NCBI GenBank assembly: GCA_964404025.1
Contig: CAYOIJ010000004.1
Location: 782 to 64,781, forward strand
DNA: 64,000 bases
Direction: 5' to 3'
Source: an uncultured Pseudomonadales bacterium
GTDB lineage: Bacteria > Patescibacteriota > Microgenomatia > UBA1400 > PJMF01
Numbering within the stretch: position 1 is the stretch's first letter; each line of letters begins with the position of its first letter. The notes under the pieces are model-generated. The model searched no databases. It was not told the DNA's origin and was given only the letters and a program-made list of their open reading frames with translations. Made by a program: the position numbers and the translations under genes. This document shows, piece after piece, positions 59,404 through 64,000 of this stretch.

Positions 59404-61398
59404 TTACTTCTTCAAAAATTCTTTGACATCGATGTCATCTCTCAGCAGTGCATCTAGTTGATCTTCATCAATGATGAGGCGTCTTTTATTTGATTTAACT
59501 TGATTAGATTTTTTCCTAGCTCTTCTAGCATAAAAACCTTGATGGCTACTAATAGCCTCATCAAAATGTCGATTAACACTTACTAAATTAGTATTAATTT
59601 CACTTAAAAAACGGCTGGGCAGATTTTGTTGTTGATTGCCAAAGGCGTAGCGATTGCGCGCATAACTAAAAAACAACTCTTGTTTGGCTCTAGTAATCCC
59701 AACGTAGCAAAGGCGGCGCTCTTCTTCCAATTCTTCTTCATTGAGCATTGAGCGGTTGTGGGGCAGCAAGCCCTCTTCCATGCCAACCATAAAAACAGTT
59801 TTAAATTCCAAACCCTTGGCAGAATGCAAGCTCATCAGTTTAATACCACTAGACTTTGTTCCAGCCTTTTGTTCTAGTAGATAACCATCTTGGACAAGAG
59901 CTACATTTTCCAAAAAATTTTGACTATTTTCAAATTGACTGGCAACACTCAGCAATTCTTCAATATTATCTAATCGACTTTGATCTTCTGGATCTTTTTT
60001 ATTAAATTTATCTAAGTAATGAGTGGCTTGTAAAATGCCTTGCAGAGCTAGGGCGGGGTTATCCAATACCTGATCGTCTATTTCTTTTAACCAGGTTTGG
60101 AAATTTTTAAAACGCCTTTTACCAAGTTTAATAGTGCGAGTTAGGCTAGGACTATCAAGATCATTAAAGCATAATCGCAAATAAGCCAAAAGATCTTTGA
60201 TTTCTTTTCGCTGGTAGAATTTTGTGCCGCCAATAATTTGATAAGGGAGTCGACGATGAATGAAGCTTTCCTCAAAAGCTCTAGACTGGGCATTGGTGCG
60301 ATATAGAATTGCTACCTGATTTAGTGAATCAAGAAATCTTTCAGTAATAATTTGAGCGATTTTTTCTGCCTCCAGTTCAGCGTTGTTTAATTCATAAAGT
60401 TGGATTTTTTGATCTTTTTCATTTTTTTGATCAGTCCACAGTTCTAGAATGGGATGAAGGTGATTTTGTTGAATGATTTGAGTGGCCGCATCTAAAATGT
60501 TTTGCGTGGATCGATAATTGCGCTCTAAACGATATTCAGTAATGTCAGGAAAATCTAAACTTAGTTGTTTGAGATTTTTATAATCTGCCCCTCTCCAAGC
60601 ATAAATACTTTGAGAAAAATCACCCACCACAAAAAGATTGTTCTGAGGTTTACTTAATATTTTACTTAATAAATACTGTACTTTATTGGTATCTTGATAT
60701 TCGTCTATCAAAACATGTTTAAATTGTTCTTGATATTTTTGGCGGATGTGTTGGTCTTTTTTTAGCAATTGATAAGTGAGAATTAGTAAGTCATCAAAGT
60801 CAAGGGCGTCTTCTGTTTTTAAGCGTTGTTCATAATTTTTATAAACCTTAGCAATGGTTTGGGTAAAAGAGTTATTTGCACTTGCTGCATAGTTGCTGGG
60901 GCTAATTAATTTATTTTTAATTTGGCTAATAATCGCTCTCGTAGTTGTAATTTTAAACTCTTGACGATCAATGGTATGGTTTTTATAAATATTTTTAAGT
61001 AGATTAATTTGATCCTGATCGTCATAAATAGTGAATTGAGAACTTAGAGACCGTCCAGCTATTTGCAGGTAACTATTCTTTTGTGCTTGGCTATTAGTTT
61101 CTAGGCGCAATATTTTGACCCCCAAGCTGTGGAAGGTCCCTGAGAAAAGTAATTGCTGACCTGTATAGTTAAGAACCCGTCTTTTCATTTCAGCAGCTGC
61201 TTTATTGGTAAAAGTTAACAGTAATATTTCTCTGGGGCTAGCGATCTTTTCTTGAATTAAATAGGCAGTACGGCTAGTTAGTACTCTGGTTTTGCCACTG
61301 CCAGCTCCTGCCAAAACAATTGCTGGTCCTTTTTGGTGTAAAACAGCTTGGCGTTGTTCTGGATTTAATTGGTCAAGGAGTGCTTGGCTCTCGAACAT
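59404..61398 (-). CDS. pcrA: PcrA/UvrD SF1 helicase (start taken at MFESQ)
   Basis: AGAGSGKT, FTNKAA, DEYQD, QSIYAWRGA, HSAKGLEF, YVGITRA. Confidence 0.96.
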   Translation of the reverse strand: MFESQALLDQLNPEQRQAVLHQKGPAIVLAGAGSGKTRVLTSRTAYLIQEKIASPREILLLTFTNKAAAEMKRRVLNYTGQQLLFSGTFHSLGVKILRLETNSQAQKNSYLQIAGRSLSSQFTIYDDQDQINLLKNIYKNHTIDRQEFKITTTRAIISQIKNKLISPSNYAASANNSFTQTIAKVYKNYEQRLKTEDALDFDDLLILTYQLLKKDQHIRQKYQEQFKHVLIDEYQDTNKVQYLLSKILSKPQNNLFVVGDFSQSIYAWRGADYKNLKQLSLDFPDITEYRLERNYRSTQNILDAATQIIQQNHLHPILELWTDQKNEKDQKIQLYELNNAELEAEKIAQIITERFLDSLNQVAILYRTNAQSRAFEESFIHRRLPYQIIGGTKFYQRKEIKDLLAYLRLCFNDLDSPSLTRTIKLGKRRFKNFQTWLKEIDDQVLDNPALALQGILQATHYLDKFNKKDPEDQSRLDNIEELLSVASQFENSQNFLENVALVQDGYLLEQKAGTKSSGIKLMSLHSAKGLEFKTVFMVGMEEGLLPHNRSMLNEEELEEERRLCYVGITRAKQELFFSYARNRYAFGNQQQNLPSRFLSEINTNLVSVNRHFDEAISSHQGFYARRARKKSNQVKSNKRRLIIDEDQLDALLRDDIDVKEFLKK

Positions 61399-61464
61399 AA
61401 GTCCAATCATATTAGCATAAAACCTCATAAAATTGCTTTGTTACTGGGTTTTGGCTAAAATAAA

Positions 61465-62154
61465 ATGATGCAAAAAACTATTTTGCTTAATTGGAAGTCT
61501 AATAAGAACATTATTGAGGCTGAATATTGGGTTAATAATTTTCCCAAAGATTTATTATTAAAACATCCAGGCATTAAACTCTTAATTGCTCCACCCTATC
61601 CTTTTTTAAGTCAAATGAAGCGTTTAATCGATCATCAGCATTTGCCAATTTCCCTAGCAGTTCAGGACATAAGTGCCTATGGTTCTGGAGCTTATACGGG
61701 TGAAGTTTCAGTAAAAAACTTAGAATTTTTAGGTGTAGAAGCAGCAATCATTGGTCATAGTGAAAGGCGGCGACTTTTTCACGAAAACTCTCAGTTAATA
61801 GCGGGAAAAGTGCAAAAAGCAATCGAAGCTAATCTAGATGTAGTTTTATGTTTAGATGAAACGGATTTTCCAGAGCAAGCCAAACTGCTGACTAATAGTG
61901 AAAAAGCTAAAATCAGCATTGCTTATGAACCAATAGCTGCCATTGGCAGTGGTCAAGCGGTTAAAACAATTTTGGTAGAAAAATTCTTTACAAAACTGCG
62001 CCAACATTTTCCTCATAATCCTCTGATTTATGGAGGCAGTGTTAATGCTAATAATATTAATGATTTTCTAGCCATTAGCGATGGAGTGTTAGTTTCTAGC
62101 GCAGCTTTAGAATTAGCTGACCTCCTCATTTTAATTCAAGCTATTGCTGATTAG
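61465..62154 (+). CDS. tpiA: Triosephosphate isomerase, divergent
   Basis: NWK, GAYTGEVS, GHSERR, AYEP, YGGSV. Confidence 0.93.
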   Translation: MMQKTILLNWKSNKNIIEAEYWVNNFPKDLLLKHPGIKLLIAPPYPFLSQMKRLIDHQHLPISLAVQDISAYGSGAYTGEVSVKNLEFLGVEAAIIGHSERRRLFHENSQLIAGKVQKAIEANLDVVLCLDETDFPEQAKLLTNSEKAKISIAYEPIAAIGSGQAVKTILVEKFFTKLRQHFPHNPLIYGGSVNANNINDFLAISDGVLVSSAALELADLLILIQAIAD

Positions 62155-62194
62155 ACTTGCAAATTTGTACTATTTATATATATTCTGATAGATA

Positions 62195-63562
62195 GTGAAG
62201 ATTAAAGAATTAATTTATTTAGGCTTGATTTTGTTGTTTTCTTTGCTTGTGCGCTTATGGCGCTTAGATTTTCCATCAGAGATGTACTTTGACGAAAGCT
62301 ATCATGTGCCAGCGATAAGAATGTTGGCTCGGGGAGATTTTCAAACACCTTTTGAATGGTGGCATCGATCCGAGTGGCCGGTTTATTATGATTGGTTACA
62401 CCCTCCTTTGGCAAAATATATTCAAGCACTGTCAGTACGCTATTTAACTTTTTGGCCGACTGTGGTGGCTTGGCGCCTACCCTCAGTTATATTTGCTTTG
62501 GCTAGCTTGTTAGTTTTTTATTTTTTGGCTAAGACAGTGGGCCTTGCTTTGTTGGATAATAAAAAGCTGAAAAAGCTTTTTTTAAAAGGCAAGAGCATTG
62601 AAGATGGGGCCATCAATTTTGCTTTAATTGCTACTGTGCTGTTGGCTAGTGATGGTTTATTTTTAGTGCAAAGTCGCATAGCCATGAATGATATCTTTTA
62701 TTTGTTTTTTGCCTTAAGTGCTGCTTATTCTTATTTTTTATATCTTCGACAAAAAAATCTGCTCTTATTTTTTATTAGTGCATTAAGCTTATCTTTCGCC
62801 TTGCTGACTAAATGGACTGCCTTATGGTTGATTCTTTTCTTCTTTATTTTAGAGCTTGGAAAAACTATCAAAAGCAAAAGTTACCAAAAAATCCCTTTTT
62901 TATTATTTTGCTTAGTTTTAACGCCAGTTGTAGTCTATTTTCTAGCCTTTATTCCCTATTTTTTAAGTGGTAAAAGCATTGATGATTTCTTTGCGCTGCA
63001 GAGACAAATTGTTAATTTCCAGTTTAATTCAGCTAATTCACACGCCTATCAGTCAAAACCTCTGGCTTGGATATTTAATTGGCGACCAGTTTGGTATTTT
63101 GCAGATTTTTCTCAAACAAATTGGAGAAGCGATATTTATGCTCAGGGAAATCCAGCTATCTTTTTATATTTTTTCTTATTGCCAATTTTTCTGTGGAGAT
63201 GGTTCAAAGGTTTAAAAAACCATCGATTAGTAAAAAAATATCAAGAGACGATTTTTCAAACGCCTTATTATTTTTTAACTGCTATTTTTTGTTTTTCTTT
63301 TTTGCCTTGGCAGCTTGTCAGCCGACCTTTATTTTTTTACCATTTTCTGCCAGCTCTACCCTATTTGCTTCTATTAGTAGTTTGGCCAATATATTTATAT
63401 TCACTAAGTTTAAAATCTCTGAGTAAGAAAAGAGCTCTAATTTTTAATTTTTTATTCTGGCCAATCTTAGTAGCAATAATTTTTTATCCTCACTGGACTG
63501 GTCTGTCTGTACCAGAATCAGCCGCCTCAGTTCTGTACTTTTTTTTGCCAAGTTGGCGATAA
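62195..63562 (+). CDS. Protein O-mannosyltransferase-like (PMT/GT39) glycosyltransferase
   Basis: YFDE, HPPLAK, WRLPS, VQSRIAM.D, HAYQS.P..W....RP, GNP, F.YH. Confidence 0.85.
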   Translation: MKIKELIYLGLILLFSLLVRLWRLDFPSEMYFDESYHVPAIRMLARGDFQTPFEWWHRSEWPVYYDWLHPPLAKYIQALSVRYLTFWPTVVAWRLPSVIFALASLLVFYFLAKTVGLALLDNKKLKKLFLKGKSIEDGAINFALIATVLLASDGLFLVQSRIAMNDIFYLFFALSAAYSYFLYLRQKNLLLFFISALSLSFALLTKWTALWLILFFFILELGKTIKSKSYQKIPFLLFCLVLTPVVVYFLAFIPYFLSGKSIDDFFALQRQIVNFQFNSANSHAYQSKPLAWIFNWRPVWYFADFSQTNWRSDIYAQGNPAIFLYFFLLPIFLWRWFKGLKNHRLVKKYQETIFQTPYYFLTAIFCFSFLPWQLVSRPLFFYHFLPALPYLLLLVVWPIYLYSLSLKSLSKKRALIFNFLFWPILVAIIFYPHWTGLSVPESAASVLYFFLPSWR

Positions 63563-63612
63563 TGTATAATTCAAAGAGTTTAATAGAATTGAATTAGATT
63601 GCTGAAAATTTT

Positions 63613-64000
63613 ATGAAAAAAATAGCAATTATTGGTGGTGGCTTCAGTGCTCTGAATTTAGCTTGGCAGCTGAGCAATTCTTGTCTTGGGGAAAATTTGG
63701 ATATAAGTATTTTTGAAAAAGAAAATCGTTTGGGTGGAATGGCAGCTGGTTTTAAAAATAAAGATTGGGATTGGACTTTAGAAAATCACTATCATCATTT
63801 GTTTGCCAAAGACAGGGCTTTTAAAAGTTTTTTAAAAAGTCTTGGCTTGCAAGATCAGCTTTTTTATAAAAAGACAGTTTGTCGTACTCGTTTAAAGGGT
63901 GAAAACCATCAGTTAGACTCTGTTTTCAGTTTACTAAGTTTTAAGCAACTATCTTTTGTTGAGCGTTTGCGCACTGGTCTAGTTTTAGCCTTTTTAAAAA
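63613..64000 (+). CDS. FAD-dependent oxidoreductase, 5' part; runs off the window
   Basis: MKKIAIIGGGFSAL..., FEKENRLGGMA, YHH; open to the window end. Confidence 0.8.
   Translation, partial: MKKIAIIGGGFSALNLAWQLSNSCLGENLDISIFEKENRLGGMAAGFKNKDWDWTLENHYHHLFAKDRAFKSFLKSLGLQDQLFYKKTVCRTRLKGENHQLDSVFSLLSFKQLSFVERLRTGLVLAFLK

Noticed and set aside
13508-63426. Many 60-140 aa ORFs nested in or antisense to identified genes (e.g. 13716..14024, 15102..15434, 35608..35835, 56929..57357)
   Set aside because: Shadow ORFs of well-supported genes, with no independent motifs.
1-64000. CRISPR array, IS elements, diversity-generating retroelement or recoded TGA
   Set aside because: No regularly spaced repeats, transposase or reverse transcriptase seen; TGA ends conserved genes (rnc, rplT, pilD) at expected lengths.

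Overview
AT-rich (standard genetic code) core-chromosome segment, most likely from a Patescibacteria/CPR bacterium of the Microgenomates type. That assignment is inferred from the shortened EF-Ts, YebC, trigger factor and PheT, the DUF5660- and DUF5656-like proteins, and a type IV pilus locus with no secretin in the window. It holds translation and replication housekeeping genes (rpsB-tsf, gyrB-ppaC-gyrA, rpmF-nusB-rnc-rpsP, recG, tyrS, infC-rpmI-rplT-pheS-pheT, tig, gap, pyrH, pcrA, tpiA), two tRNAs (Ala-GGC, Val-GAC), envelope glycosylation and peptidoglycan genes, and a large split type IV pilus locus. Top leads: (1) a probable replication-terminus module at 9.3-12.2 kb, with a near-palindromic 11-6-11 dif-like site at a sharp G-run to C-run polarity switch, bracketed by two copies of an unexplained 28-bp palindrome, 1.1 kb from a single Xer recombinase; (2) an unannotated Phe-Phe leader peptide with a terminator/antiterminator, coupled to rplT upstream of pheST; (3) many apparently leaderless genes; (4) a tandem pair of surface proteins sharing an unrecognised domain beside an 18-Cys adhesin-like gene; (5) an sxtJ/I/K-like carbamoyltransferase module. 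All calls are from reading the sequence; no database searches were run.
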